The notes under the pieces were generated by a model. It was not told the origin of the DNA and did no database searches. It saw only the letters and a list, made by a program, of their open reading frames with translations. Both the position numbers and the translations under genes were made by a program. Below, in pieces: positions 30,150-40,871 of a DNA stretch of 64,000 nucleotides. Every line of letters starts with the position of its first letter. The first letter of the stretch is position 1. Origin of the DNA: Candidatus Latescibacterota bacterium (lineage in GTDB: Bacteria > Latescibacterota > UBA2968 > UBA8231); contig OY730476.1 in assembly GCA_963422735.1 (NCBI GenBank), positions 352,001 through 416,000 of the forward strand, written 5' to 3'.

Positions 30150-31256
30150 CGAATTACCTCCAAAATCATTGAGGAAGTAGAGCGCGAATTTAACGGGCTT
30201 GGAAGGGCTATCTTTGAATTAAGTCCACTTCTTCAGTATATCAAGAAAAAGACGAAATTTGCTAACAGAGGTTCAAAAGCACGGAGCAGTTTTTTACGCC
30301 CTTTATGTCCTGATCAAAGACTACGTGACCAAGGAATATCTCGAAAAGGGCGACTATGCAGAGTATGAAGGAGTCGATTTTACCCCACTATTGCGCCGGA
30401 TGCGCGAACTTCCCTTCGGGTCGAGCTCAATAATCGTGCAAATGACGAATTCCACAAGTATTTTCCCGAAGAAGATCGACGCCCAATACTCAGAGACGTT
30501 TCGAATCGAAAGTATTGGATCAATGAGGCATTATTAACGGCCTTAATGGGAGAGCACAAATACAGCCTTGCTCAGGTAATACTTCGAATCATTGACCTTT
30601 ACATTGAAACTAAGCGCGAATCGTTTTCTCAGTTTATTGAAGACTGCGAACGACTGCAGGAAGCAAACGAGAAAGGGAATGATGAAGCAGCAGAATTTAT
30701 CAGATCGCTGTTGTCTCCGGAGAGAGACGCCAGACTTTTTGAAATAGTGAGCTATGCTGTCCTCAAAGCTCACTTTTCGACAGAAATCATCTTTATCGAA
30801 AAAACTCGCTATAGTATCGAAGAAGAAGCCCTGAGTTTGTTTAAGACAGGACGGACTAATGCTAATGATGGTGGCATTGATTTCGTGATGAAGCCGCTAG
30901 GCAGGTTTTTTCAAGTTACGGAAGCTCTCGACGTAAAAAAATATTTCTTGGATATCGACAAGGTCGAGAGGTATCCAATTTCGTTTGTTATTTAAGACTA
31001 CGCTTGAGATCGATGAAATTCGGTTGCGCTTAGAAGATGGTGCTAAAGAGCAATACGGAGTGCGTGAGATTGTGCGGCGATACATGGCTGCTATAGAAGA
31101 GATTTTTAATATTCCCAAAGTGGTCGGGATCTTTAATATCTTAGCGGATCAAGGTCGAGTCTTTGAGGTGCTAGACGAAATAATCCGCTGGAGCAAAAAG
31201 GCAACCTTGCTTCTTCTGAAAGTGTCGCTGACGAAGACGAGGATACCGACGATTGA
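30150..31256 (+). pseudogene. Fragmented type II-like restriction endonuclease (boundaries approximate)
   Basis: Low-GC fragments downstream of the MTase: ARLFEIVSYAVLK, GRTNANDGGIDF, FFQVTE, YFLDIDK. Confidence 0.55.
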
Positions 31257-31575
31257 AAGGCTAAGGTTGTTGGGGAACAGGGGAGGATTTTCAGGCCGCT
31301 TACTTGAGTAACAGCGTCCCGATGGTGGAAATCCAACTGGCCAAGACGACGCCGAGCGTCCAGTGAAATTTGGTGTTCATTTCCTTGGCGTAGTTGGTTG
31401 GTCTGAGAGTCGGTCTTTGGGTCCAAGGTGTCGAATCGGGAGTCGGTACATGCAATGGCATCCGGGTGCTCCGAGTCGGCCGCCGGGTACTTGATGGCCG
31501 AGAGGCCGAGAGGTTGCCTTCGATGATTCGTACAAAGTGGAGGGGGCGTAGCTCAATCCACGCCCCCTCCTCCCC

Positions 31576-32298
31576 CTAGGCTGCTGGCAGGACGGGCCGT
31601 TCGACGTATTCGACGTAGAGTTGCTCCAAGTCGGCTTCTTGGAACTCGTCGCGGGTGAGCGTCTTGACCAGATGGCCCTCGACCATGATGCCGAGCCGGT
31701 CGGCGATCACGCGTGCGCGGAACACGTCGTGGGTGGTCATCCAAATGGCCTTGCCTTCGTGGCGCAGCTCATCCAATAGCTCCAAAAACTCGGCCCCAGA
31801 CTTGGGATCGAGACCCGAGGTCGGCTCGTCGAGCAGCACGATGCGGGCGTCTTTGGCGATGGCAATGGCAATGCCTAGCTTCTGGCGCATCCCCTTGGAA
31901 AACTCCTTGACCCGTCGGTCAAACGCCTCCTCTTGCAAGCCCACGCGTGCCATGATCGAGTCGTAGTGCGCGGCGTCTTGGGACGGCTGGCCGCTCAAGC
32001 GGGTGAAGAAATCCAAGTTCTGCCGGGCACTAAAGTTGCCGTAGAGCATGACGTTTTCCGAGACATAGGCCACGTGCTTTTTGGCCTCTAAGGGCTGCTC
32101 GGTGATGTCGATGCCGCACAGCTTGACCGTGCCTTTTGTGGGTTCGGTAAAGCCCAACGCGACCATCAAGGTGGTGGTCTTGCCCGCGCCGTTGGCGCCG
32201 AGCATGGTGAAGACCTCGCCTTCGTGAATGGTCAGGTTGAGGTCGGTGACGGCTTTGACGTCCCCGTAGTGCTTGGAAAGTCCGATGATCTCCAACAT
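31576..32298 (-). CDS. ABC transporter ATP-binding protein
   Basis: GANGAGKTT, FSKGMRQK, LLDEPTSGLD, TTH. Confidence 0.95.
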   Translation of the reverse strand: MLEIIGLSKHYGDVKAVTDLNLTIHEGEVFTMLGANGAGKTTTLMVALGFTEPTKGTVKLCGIDITEQPLEAKKHVAYVSENVMLYGNFSARQNLDFFTRLSGQPSQDAAHYDSIMARVGLQEEAFDRRVKEFSKGMRQKLGIAIAIAKDARIVLLDEPTSGLDPKSGAEFLELLDELRHEGKAIWMTTHDVFRARVIADRLGIMVEGHLVKTLTRDEFQEADLEQLYVEYVERPVLPAA

Positions 32299-32322
32299 GA
32301 GGCGATCCTTTCGTGTGAGTGG

Positions 32323-33717
32323 TTAGGGGTTCGTGGTTTTGTACCATTCGCTTTGGAGTGCGCGGCCGAGTATGCGCCGCAGCTCTTCGGCTGCGAGGAT
32401 GTAGGCTAGGCGCTCGGCAAAATAGCTTTGCTCGGCGAGGTTGACGGCCACCCGCTGGCGGCGGAGGTCATCGAAGTTGAGGTTGCCCATCGCGTTTTCA
32501 AATAGCTCTTCGACCGTGTCCAACCGCTGGCGGGCGACATCGGCGCGCCGGCGCAAAAGCTGGGTGTTTTCCCGCCGGCTTTGCAACTCGTAGAAGGCTT
32601 CGACCACTTCGAGTTCAATCAAGTGGCGGGTCTCGTCGCGGTCTTGGCGCAGTTCGGTAAGCCGCGCCCGTTCCTCGGCCGACTGCGCCAACCGCCGACC
32701 GCCTTGGAACAGCGGCAGCGACAGGTTGGCCATCACCCGCCAGCCCTCGCCCCTGGCCAGCGCGGGGTCTAAGCCCTGGCTGGCCAGCGACCGGCGACCG
32801 GAACCCACTACCGTCCACGTTTGGCCGTTGCCACTCCAGTGCAAGCCGAGGTCGGTGTCTTGGACCTTCTTGGTCAGTTGCAGGCCGACGTGGGGTAGCC
32901 ACTGCCAGAACACCCGGCGCGCCTGCCGCCGCTGTTGGTCTATTTGCCAGCCGAGTTCGGCCAGATGCGGCCGGTTGGCACAGGCTTCCTCAATGAGGGC
33001 GGGCAAATCCGCTTCGCTGGGATCGAGGAGCTGGAGTTTTTCGTAGGGCGGACCGACGATCTCGATGGCGCGGAGCGAGCGTTTGCCCACCAGGCCGATC
33101 TGGGTGAATAGCTGCAGATGCAGGGTGCGCAGGGTGCGCTGGAGGTGGTTGATGCGCGTCTGCTCCTCCAACACCTCTAGCTCGGCCTCGTGCCGTTCCA
33201 CCGGCCGCGCCAAGCCCGCGTCGAGGCGCGTCTGCACCCGCTCCATTTTGGCGCGGAAGTAGGCGAGCAACTCGTCGCGGCTGGCGATTTCGTCGCGGGT
33301 CAGCAGCAGGCGGTAATAGGCTTGGCGCACCTGGCTATCCACGGCGAGGATCGCCTCGCGGTAGCGCGCCTGGGCCGCCTGCTCCCGATGCTGGGCGGCC
33401 CAGCGCGATGAGGTGATGGCGCCGTAGCGCACCAACTCTTGCTGGGCTTGTAAGAACAGCTCGCGTTGCTCCGGTTCCGGCTCCGGCGCATCGGCGAATT
33501 CGCGGCGTTCGTACTCGGCGTTCAGGCCGAGGGTCGGAAGCTGGTCGGCGTAGTCGAGGCGGGTGCGGGCCGACATTTGGTTCCAGCGGGCACGCGCCGC
33601 GCCGAGTACCGGGCTGTGCTGGCCTGCGGCGCGCTGACACGTCGTTAAATCCCATTCCTCGGCATGGGCAACCACCGCGACGCCGAGGACGGCCCAGACC
33701 CATCGATAGGCAGTCAT
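32323..33717 (-). CDS. TolC-family outer membrane efflux protein
   Basis: Signal peptide MTAYRWVWAVLGVAVVAHA (ATGA overlap with upstream stop); two helical/beta repeats, LSLPLFQGG, EVVEAF. Confidence 0.8.
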   Translation of the reverse strand: MTAYRWVWAVLGVAVVAHAEEWDLTTCQRAAGQHSPVLGAARARWNQMSARTRLDYADQLPTLGLNAEYERREFADAPEPEPEQRELFLQAQQELVRYGAITSSRWAAQHREQAAQARYREAILAVDSQVRQAYYRLLLTRDEIASRDELLAYFRAKMERVQTRLDAGLARPVERHEAELEVLEEQTRINHLQRTLRTLHLQLFTQIGLVGKRSLRAIEIVGPPYEKLQLLDPSEADLPALIEEACANRPHLAELGWQIDQQRRQARRVFWQWLPHVGLQLTKKVQDTDLGLHWSGNGQTWTVVGSGRRSLASQGLDPALARGEGWRVMANLSLPLFQGGRRLAQSAEERARLTELRQDRDETRHLIELEVVEAFYELQSRRENTQLLRRRADVARQRLDTVEELFENAMGNLNFDDLRRQRVAVNLAEQSYFAERLAYILAAEELRRILGRALQSEWYKTTNP

Positions 33718-35225
33718 CGCTTGCTCCATTGCACGGTGAAGATGGCGATGCCCAGCACGATGCTCACCAGCAAGAGCACCAACCCGGTGATGCCCCAAAA
33801 CGACCCCTCGCTCTTGATGTTGAGGGTGACGGTGCGCTCGACCGACTCGACCCACTGCCCCTTGTGCTGGGTACTCGCACGGGTCTTGACTTCGTAGCGT
33901 CCTATCTCGGCGCTGTTGACCGGCCGCACGGTCAGTGTGGCCTCTATCTCCTCGCGCGGCGGCAACCGGGCGAGGGCCTGCGGCTCAAAGACGACCTCCC
34001 AGCCCGGCGGCGCCAGGGCTTGCAGGCGGATGTCGAGCAATTCAACCGTGCCGAGGTTGCGTAGCTGCCAAACGGACTTCGACTCGCCCTCGCCCTGGAC
34101 CGACAGGTCCAGGTTGAGGGTGGTCAACTCCAATTCGGCGCGGCCGGTGGGCACCAGCTGCAGTTGCTCGTAGCCAATGCCGAGGGCTTGCAAGCGCACC
34201 GGATCGGCGGTGGCCAACACTGCGGCGTCCACCGCCTGGGGCTCGTAGGCCAGCACCGAGAACAGCAGCGGCTGATCGACGGTGAAGTGCTCGGCCTGTT
34301 CGGGGACGTACACGGTGAGGAGGAGCGAGTCGCTGGAGTGGTCGCGGGAAAAGCGCAGCCGCGACAGCTGGCGGCCCCCGCTCTCGAACGCCCAGCGGAA
34401 GTCGGCCGGCAGCCCGTGCGCCATCAGTTGGAAAATCTTTTCGTCTTCGGCCAGCCGCTCTAACTGCAGCTCGTAGGCGACCGAGTGGCCCAACGAACCT
34501 TCTTGAGAAAACTGGGTGGCATACACGCGCACGACGTCGCGGGCGGAAGCCTTCTCGAGGTGAATGACGTGCTCGTCGGTGCGGTTGAGGTATTCAAGTT
34601 GCACGGTGATTTCCTCGACTTCGGGACGCTGCAAGCCGACCTCGATTTCGACTTCTTCGCCCAGGACCAGCACCGGGATGTGGACTTGGTAGGGCTGGCC
34701 GACCATGACGCGGTCGGCGAGGAGGGTGACGAAGAGGTTGTTGACCTGCAACAGGGAGGCGGCGTCTTGGTCGAGGCCGTTGATGTGGTAGCGGCGGCGA
34801 GCGCGATCGACCATTTGCGCCAAGGGGAGGTCGGAGTCGTTGCGCAAGGTGAGCCGCACGCGGACCTTGTCGCCTTCAACGCCGTATTTTTGTCCGTTGA
34901 CGACCGTCAGGTGGGTGGCGTCGGCCAGCGAGTGGAGGAAGGCGCGCTGGAGGTTCAATTCGGCTCGTTGCCGCGCTTGGCGGGCACGCTCGTAGCGCTC
35001 GCGGGCTAGGCGTAGCTCTTGGCCGGTGACCACGCCGCGCGCCTTGAGGCCGATCATCTGCTCGTGCTCGATGGTGATCTCGGCCTCGCGCGCGTTGGCC
35101 TGCTCCAGCGTCAAGTGAGCCTCTTCGAGGTCGAGCAGGATGCGCTGTTGTTCCTTAGTCAAGGTCTCGGCCGAGGCCGCGAAAGCCCACAGCAGCCAGC
35201 CGAAAACGTAGAAGATAGAGCACAT
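33714..35225 (-). CDS. Membrane-anchored protein with N-terminal coiled coil and NEW3/NPCBM-associated Ig-like domain
   Basis: Signal peptide, coiled coil, LRNLGTVEL..APPGWEV..GRYEV, C-terminal TM helix. Confidence 0.65.
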   Translation of the reverse strand: MCSIFYVFGWLLWAFAASAETLTKEQQRILLDLEEAHLTLEQANAREAEITIEHEQMIGLKARGVVTGQELRLARERYERARQARQRAELNLQRAFLHSLADATHLTVVNGQKYGVEGDKVRVRLTLRNDSDLPLAQMVDRARRRYHINGLDQDAASLLQVNNLFVTLLADRVMVGQPYQVHIPVLVLGEEVEIEVGLQRPEVEEITVQLEYLNRTDEHVIHLEKASARDVVRVYATQFSQEGSLGHSVAYELQLERLAEDEKIFQLMAHGLPADFRWAFESGGRQLSRLRFSRDHSSDSLLLTVYVPEQAEHFTVDQPLLFSVLAYEPQAVDAAVLATADPVRLQALGIGYEQLQLVPTGRAELELTTLNLDLSVQGEGESKSVWQLRNLGTVELLDIRLQALAPPGWEVVFEPQALARLPPREEIEATLTVRPVNSAEIGRYEVKTRASTQHKGQWVESVERTVTLNIKSEGSFWGITGLVLLLVSIVLGIAIFTVQWSKR

Positions 35226-35238
35226 GACGAACTCCTTT

Positions 35239-36678
35239 CTATACGATGCTGGCTCGCAGCCACGAGCGGTAGGCTAGTATATAGGTGAGCATGGCAAAGA
35301 AGAATAGGCCGATTACATCGACGACAGCGTACCGTAGCAAGGTCTCCGCTGACAGGTTCTCGGTAAAGACCGGCAGGGTATCGGGGTCGATCTTCTGCCG
35401 CGACAGCCCTTGGGCGACGAGGATATGCAGGCTTTTGGGATCGTCGTGGTCGAGGTTTAGCATGGTCTGCTCGAACTGCTGGACAAAGGTGCGCGCCTGC
35501 TCGACAAAGCTTTTGTGGCGCGCCAGCCCGGTGCCGGCGAGCGCTTCCATGCCGTACTGAAAGCAGCCCGTCGGCGACAGGCGCACGATGTGGCGGGCTT
35601 TTTCGACCTCGCCGAGGCTGTAGGCCAGAAATTGGTTTTCCCGGTCTTGGGTAACCCGACGAAAGGCGCGTTCGGCCTCGGCATGCTGGCGCAATATTTT
35701 GGGGTTTCTCATATCGCGCTTCCGTGCATTGCTCCTAAGAGTATTAATTTTCGCTTTTTCTGGAGGTTCGAACTCCCACTCCATTACAACCGCCTCTCCG
35801 AATTCGCGGATCACCACGCGGGAGGCTAGGGCGCCGCCGGCCGCCGGCCAGAGCAGCACCCCGCAAGTCCACAGCAACAGCACCCCGACCAAACTGGAGC
35901 GCGTCGTGCTGCTCCGTATCGATACCCACAGACCCAACGCGACAAAACAGGCCAGATACAAAAGCGATAGGACGACCATGCCGACCAAGCGTCCGACCTC
36001 GACGAGACCCAAGTTCACCTTTGACAGCGCGAGGACGATGAGCAAGTTGACGATGAGGGCGAGGCTCAGCACGATAGAGAGAGCTAGCATCGCACCGAGG
36101 AACTTGCCCAACAGCAGGGTGTGCCGCGGCAGGCTCTGAGCCATAACCAGTTTGAGAGTGCCGCGCTCTTTTTCGCCGATGAAGGCGTCAAAGGTGAACA
36201 ACAGAGCCATGAGGCTGAGCAGACCGCCGATGATAAAGACCCAGTCAATGGCTCGAGTCTTCATTAGTTGGCTGGCCTTGGGTGCCCAGATGCCTACGAT
36301 GTCCCAATAGATGAGTAAAAAGGGATCGTAGAACCAGATGCCGTTGTACTGAAATTTCCAGCTCGGCGTCCAGAGGCGCTCGGGCAGGGCGTCGTTGGCA
36401 CCAACGGCGCAGAACATGAGGGGGCTGGGTTTTTTATAGATATAGTCCTGCCCCCCATGGACTATCAGCTTCCACAAGCCCATTTGGGCGTTGCTGCGGC
36501 CGATTTCTTGCTCGGCTTGGACCTGTTCGAGATAGTGGTCGCGCCGGAACTCGTAGGAGCCGCCGACAAAGCCGAGGGCGTTGAGCACCATCAGCCCTAC
36601 GACTAGCACGAGGGCCAAGCCGAAACGGAGGCTGATGAGGTGATCGAGCAGTTCGCGTTTTATAATGGCTGCTAGCAT
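35239..36678 (-). CDS. ABC-2 type permease (type B, copy 1)
   Basis: IIKRELLDHL..FDAFIGEKERGTLKLV..LLLGKFLG; multiple TM helices. Confidence 0.85.
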   Translation of the reverse strand: MLAAIIKRELLDHLISLRFGLALVLVVGLMVLNALGFVGGSYEFRRDHYLEQVQAEQEIGRSNAQMGLWKLIVHGGQDYIYKKPSPLMFCAVGANDALPERLWTPSWKFQYNGIWFYDPFLLIYWDIVGIWAPKASQLMKTRAIDWVFIIGGLLSLMALLFTFDAFIGEKERGTLKLVMAQSLPRHTLLLGKFLGAMLALSIVLSLALIVNLLIVLALSKVNLGLVEVGRLVGMVVLSLLYLACFVALGLWVSIRSSTTRSSLVGVLLLWTCGVLLWPAAGGALASRVVIREFGEAVVMEWEFEPPEKAKINTLRSNARKRDMRNPKILRQHAEAERAFRRVTQDRENQFLAYSLGEVEKARHIVRLSPTGCFQYGMEALAGTGLARHKSFVEQARTFVQQFEQTMLNLDHDDPKSLHILVAQGLSRQKIDPDTLPVFTENLSAETLLRYAVVDVIGLFFFAMLTYILAYRSWLRASIV

Positions 36679-36717
36679 GGGGAGGCCTTCTTCTTTAGAG
36701 TCAGCGAAAAAGGTGGA

Positions 36718-37559
36718 TTATAGGAGGTTGAACAGAAAGTTCTGCGGTACGCCGCCGCTAAAATAGGCCTCTACATGGCACCACATAGCCCGCTGTGGAT
36801 CCCAGACCAGCCGAAAGAAGGACGGGGTGCGCCCCTGCCATGGCCAAGGGGAGATCCCGGCCGGCTCTTCGACGATGAACATGATATCGGCGAAAATCAA
36901 CGACTCGCCTGCCTGTAGAGCGTCCTCCACCTCATCGCGTAGTTTGGGGTGAAAATTCAAGGTAGCTTTGGGGACCATGCCGTGCGTCTGGAGATAGAGC
37001 GCATAGCTATCGTACGCCTCCTGCATCTCGAATACCTTGAATGCGCTGTCGAAAAAGGACACATTCTCAAAAAAATAATCGCGCTTCGTCATGCCGAGTA
37101 TTGCTCTGTGCCCGAGGGTGTATCGCCGATGGGGGCGTATCGGCTAGCGAGAAACTCTTGCAGGAACTCTAACCCGTCGGGGTTATTCGCGCCCTCGCGG
37201 AGGTAAAACGCGGCAGCGAGGCTGTCGCTGCCCGAAGCCGAAAAGACGACCAGAAAGTCGTAGAGCCAATCGCGCCATGCGGCTTCTTGCGCTAGGTCAA
37301 TGGGAGCGCCCAGATCGACGGGGATCGACTCGACCGCCTGCCGCAATTCGGCCCCGGCCGCGACCTTCATCATCTCCTGACCGTGGATGTAGTCGTAGAA
37401 GATTTGCAGGCTGTCGGGGTGGGATGAAAAGCCGCCGTAGTGGGACTTAGCAGGCGCGGCCGTAAGGCTGGAGACGCCTTCCTGTTCTACGCACGCTGAC
37501 TGGGCGAACCAAGCAGCGCTCAGGGCGAAATATAGGACGCGAATAGATAAAGTTTTCAT
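36718..37559 (-). pseudogene. Member of the ~290-aa secreted family, frameshifted near 37112
   Basis: N-half (37089-37559) and C-half (36718-37092) together match 54884-55720. A short deletion lies between DTP and GHRAILG. Confidence 0.75.
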
Positions 37560-37598
37560 CGTGGACTCCTTTTCTTTTTTAGCTCCGTTGGGATTGTC

Positions 37599-38417
37599 CT
37601 AGATGGAACTGAACAGAAAATACGGCGTCCCGATGCCGTAAACGATCTCTACATGGCGCCACATCGCCTTGTCCTGATCCCAAGCCATGCGGAAGAAGAA
37701 CGGGGTGCGTACCGCTCCCTCAAAGGCGGCGAACTCCTCAGGCTCTTCGACGATGAACATGACCTCGACAAAGGTCTGTGGTTTGCCCGCTTGGAGGTGC
37801 TCTTGGACCTCGCGCTCCATTTTGGAGGGGTTACCTGATGCGGCCCCGGGTGGAATCATGCCGCTGTCTATGAGGTAAGCGAAATAAGGGCTGTACCCAG
37901 CCTGCTTCTCGGACACCTCAAACGCGCTGTCGAAAAAGGATACCTTTCCGAAGTAGTAATCGCATTCATTCCTGTCGAGGAGTTGCCGGTGCCCCGCTTT
38001 GAGGATATCAAAAGGCGTTTCGCCTTTTAGGAGGCCCTTGCTTGCAAGCTTGCTTTTTAACTCCTCTATCCTTTCGGGATTATTGACGCCCTCGCGGAGA
38101 TAAAACGCGGCGGCGAGGCTGTCGCTACTCGAAACCGAAAAGGCGACTAAGAGATCGTAGAGCCAGGTGCGCAGGTCGGCCTCTTGCGCGGGAGTGATAG
38201 GGGTGTCCCCCTCGACGGGGATGGCCGCAATGGCCTGCTGCAATTCGTCACCGGCCTCGACGTTTATCATCTCCAAGCTGTTGACATAGTCGAAAAAGGC
38301 TTGTTGAACGATTAGGATGCTATCGGGGTGATTGATGGAGTAGCCGCCGTACTGGGCTTTCGGCTCGGCAGAGACGCTGGAGGCGGCGAACCAAGCGGCG
38401 ATTAAGGCGAAATACAA
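37599..38417 (-). CDS. Uncharacterised ~290-aa secreted family member
   Basis: YGG..WLYDLLVAFS..DSLAAAFYLREG..SFFDS..MFIVEEP..FFRMAWD..WRHVE. Start uncertain (TTG). Confidence 0.7.
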   Translation of the reverse strand: MYFALIAAWFAASSVSAEPKAQYGGYSINHPDSILIVQQAFFDYVNSLEMINVEAGDELQQAIAAIPVEGDTPITPAQEADLRTWLYDLLVAFSVSSSDSLAAAFYLREGVNNPERIEELKSKLASKGLLKGETPFDILKAGHRQLLDRNECDYYFGKVSFFDSAFEVSEKQAGYSPYFAYLIDSGMIPPGAASGNPSKMEREVQEHLQAGKPQTFVEVMFIVEEPEEFAAFEGAVRTPFFFRMAWDQDKAMWRHVEIVYGIGTPYFLFSSI

Positions 38418-38463
38418 AGTTTCTAGATACCTCTTCTGGTTTTGGGTTGGGTTGGGTTGGGTG

Positions 38464-38501
38464 GCCCCGGAATAGCGGCGATTAAGCCACTATCCCGGGG
38501 C
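38464..38501 (-). terminator. Stem-loop downstream of the peptide gene
   Basis: GCCCCGGAATAGCGGC / GCCACTATCCCGGGGC, imperfect 16-bp stem. Confidence 0.55.
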
Positions 38502-38556
38502 GCATTGGGTGGAGGGAGAGGGCGAGTGGCCTAGACTAGTCGCCCCTGAAGGCTGA

Positions 38557-38736
38557 TTAGGAAGTGCATACCGCAGTCCCGCTCTCGCACGTGCAACTGG
38601 TCTTCCAACCGATTGCCTTGCACTTACTCCCATCAGGGCAAGTGATACTGCAATAAATAGCCTCGGCCTTCTGCGGCAGGAAGCTGGCGATCAAGCTCGT
38701 GAGGCCAATGGCCAGCCGGATGATGCGCTTTTTCAT
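38557..38736 (-). CDS. 6-Cys secreted peptide precursor P1 (59 aa, not in ORF track)
   Basis: MKKRIIRLAIGLTSLIASFLPQKAEA|IYCSITCPDGSKCKAIGWKTSCTCESGTAVCTS; RBS AAGGGAG. Confidence 0.9.
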   Translation of the reverse strand: MKKRIIRLAIGLTSLIASFLPQKAEAIYCSITCPDGSKCKAIGWKTSCTCESGTAVCTS

Positions 38737-38895
38737 GATGATCTCCCTTGATCTGGTTTGCTGCGTTGTCTCGGAGGCGATCTCCGAGGTGAAGCACTGG
38801 CGGCTAGCGGCCAGTTTAGACGATGTGTTTTATAAGCGTTACTTCCTTTCTGTTGCTGTGGAAGAGTGTGGGTTGTTGCTTCAGTAAGACCTATC

Positions 38896-38911
38896 GCAAT
38901 CTTCGTGCCAA
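38896..38911 (-). promoter_or_regulatory. Sigma-54 promoter
   Basis: TTGGCACGAAGATTGC, consensus match. Confidence 0.85.
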
Positions 38912-39055
38912 TGCGTGACCAGTGGTCGTCAATCGCGCCGAATCCTCTGATTATATGAATCATAACTTATTGTTAAGTAATGGTTTATAAAAAATAAACT
39001 AAATTTTATCGCCGTCTCTCAGGCCCTTTGTGCGACCCTTTTAACGGCCTAAAAG

Positions 39056-39093
39056 TGCGATAATATATCGCACAAATGCGTCTAAACATCGCA
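39056..39093. promoter_or_regulatory. Putative bEBP enhancer, 2 x TGCG-N9-CGCA at 21-bp period
   Basis: TGCGATAATATATCGCA and TGCGTCTAAACATCGCA. Confidence 0.75.
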
Positions 39094-39182
39094 CGGACGC
39101 GCCTGTCGGTTGTACTAAGCCGCCCTTGCTCTGAAGGGGTCGGCTGGGTCGGCTTCTCAGGGAGGGTGTGGGCAGACGCACC

Positions 39183-39214
39183 AGCGGGCAGCCCGGTCCT
39201 ATGGGCTGCCCGCT
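39183..39214. terminator. Stem-loop after the permease gene
   Basis: AGCGGGCAGCCC-N8-GGGCTGCCCGCT. Confidence 0.6.
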
Positions 39215-39236
39215 TTATTCGTTGTGGAATTTCAGA

Positions 39237-40808
39237 TTACTTGGCGTCGTAGCGCGCAAAGAGCCAGTTGGCGAGGACAAAGAGCCCGGCCGCATACAGC
39301 AACAGGGCGGTTAGATCCGGCAAGGCGTGGCTCAGACTCCTGGCGGCCGTCCAGCCGCGCTCGTGAAACCTCGGCAAGTCGCGCAGGTCGGCGCGCCAGC
39401 CGGGGTCGTCGTTGAACCACTCGCGGGCCCCGAAGGCATCGCGCTCTTCGAGAAAGGTGACGAGTTGCCCGCGATAGGCGCGGACTTGGTTGATGAAGTC
39501 GTAGTATTCGCGTCGGCTGGTGCCGGCGAAAACACTGGCGGCTTGGGCATAGGTCCCGGCGGGCAGAAGGCGCTGGAGATAGGTGTTCCAGCGTTGGATG
39601 CGGCGGGGGAAGTTTTCGAGCAGGGGAGCTTTGGCGTGCCAAGCGCGCTGGACGTACTTCAGGCGCAACCGCTCGCCGGTGCGGATGATGTTTTGGAACT
39701 CGGCGAGTGCGGGCGAATCGACTACATTCGACATATAGAGAACAGGTTTCTGCTCATCGTCATAGTAAGCGCCAGTTCCCCCCCAATGTGTTTTAGTCCC
39801 GCGTCCCGGTTGTGGAGGGAGTTGCTCAACCATCTCTACGGGTTGGTACTGGGTCTGGCCGTGCGCCCGAGCGAGGTTAGTGACCTCCTGATCGAACTCC
39901 TTCCACACTTGCGCGGCCCTGTGATGGGCTTGCTTGTGCTTTTCGCCCATGTTGGCTTGCTCGTTGAGCCAGGCCGTGATACTGTCGGGCAGCACAATCG
40001 CCAGCAGTGCCCACATAAACAGCGCGTAAATCAAGCTGGTCGCCGAGCGGTGCGTGGCGCACGAGATCGCCAGTCCAATTAGATAGAACACGAGCAGATA
40101 CAGCAGCGACAGTGCGAACAGCAGCCCCAACCGCGCCCACTCGCCGGTCCCGATCTCGATATGCTCGGTGCCCAATAGCAAGATCATCAGCAGGATAAAG
40201 CCGAGGGCGGTCGGAATGGCCAGCGTGGTCAGGCCAGCGAGGACTTTGCCGGCGAGGACTTGGGCGCGGCTGACGTTGGTCGTCAGCATCAGCCGCAGGG
40301 TGCCGTCCTCCTTTTCGCCGGAGATGGCTTCGCTGGCGATGAGAATGGCCAGCAGGCCGAGCACGAGTTGGAAGATGTACACTATGTCGAAGGAGGCAAA
40401 GATGGCGAGGTAGGGATTGCCCGACTGGAAGGGAGCAATCGCCTCGGTTTGGTAGGGCACCTCAAAGAGCAGGACCTTGACGGCTTGCCCCACCTCTTGT
40501 TCGACGCCTTGGGCGAACACCTCCAAAGGGCGTGGGGGCCGTAGAGCACGCGGAGCCGCCTCGGCATCGAATACACCGACGACCGGACCGAAGTGGTCGC
40601 TGCCTAGGGCCGAATAATAGGTGATTTCGTAGAATTTGTTGTCTTCAACGGCGCGTTGGGCGAGGTAGCTGGACTTTTTCTGGACATAAGTCTGGCTGAT
40701 GAGCATCCCGTTGGCGATGATGAGCACTACCGCGAGGGCGGTGCAAGCGGCGAAGCGCTGGCTGAGCAGGTGGCTGAGCATCTCTTTTTTGAACACAATG
40801 CCGATCAT
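39237..40808 (-). CDS. ABC-2 type permease (type A, copy 1)
   Basis: VFKKEMLSHL..EAISGEKEDGTLRL..VLAGK; C-terminal DLPRF..FARYD. Confidence 0.85.
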   Translation of the reverse strand: MIGIVFKKEMLSHLLSQRFAACTALAVVLIIANGMLISQTYVQKKSSYLAQRAVEDNKFYEITYYSALGSDHFGPVVGVFDAEAAPRALRPPRPLEVFAQGVEQEVGQAVKVLLFEVPYQTEAIAPFQSGNPYLAIFASFDIVYIFQLVLGLLAILIASEAISGEKEDGTLRLMLTTNVSRAQVLAGKVLAGLTTLAIPTALGFILLMILLLGTEHIEIGTGEWARLGLLFALSLLYLLVFYLIGLAISCATHRSATSLIYALFMWALLAIVLPDSITAWLNEQANMGEKHKQAHHRAAQVWKEFDQEVTNLARAHGQTQYQPVEMVEQLPPQPGRGTKTHWGGTGAYYDDEQKPVLYMSNVVDSPALAEFQNIIRTGERLRLKYVQRAWHAKAPLLENFPRRIQRWNTYLQRLLPAGTYAQAASVFAGTSRREYYDFINQVRAYRGQLVTFLEERDAFGAREWFNDDPGWRADLRDLPRFHERGWTAARSLSHALPDLTALLLYAAGLFVLANWLFARYDAK

Positions 40809-40871
40809 GGTGCGGCTCCTATCGGTGGGAGGTGAGTGGCTACGGCGCAGGCTTGGGTCTGCCCCTGATTT

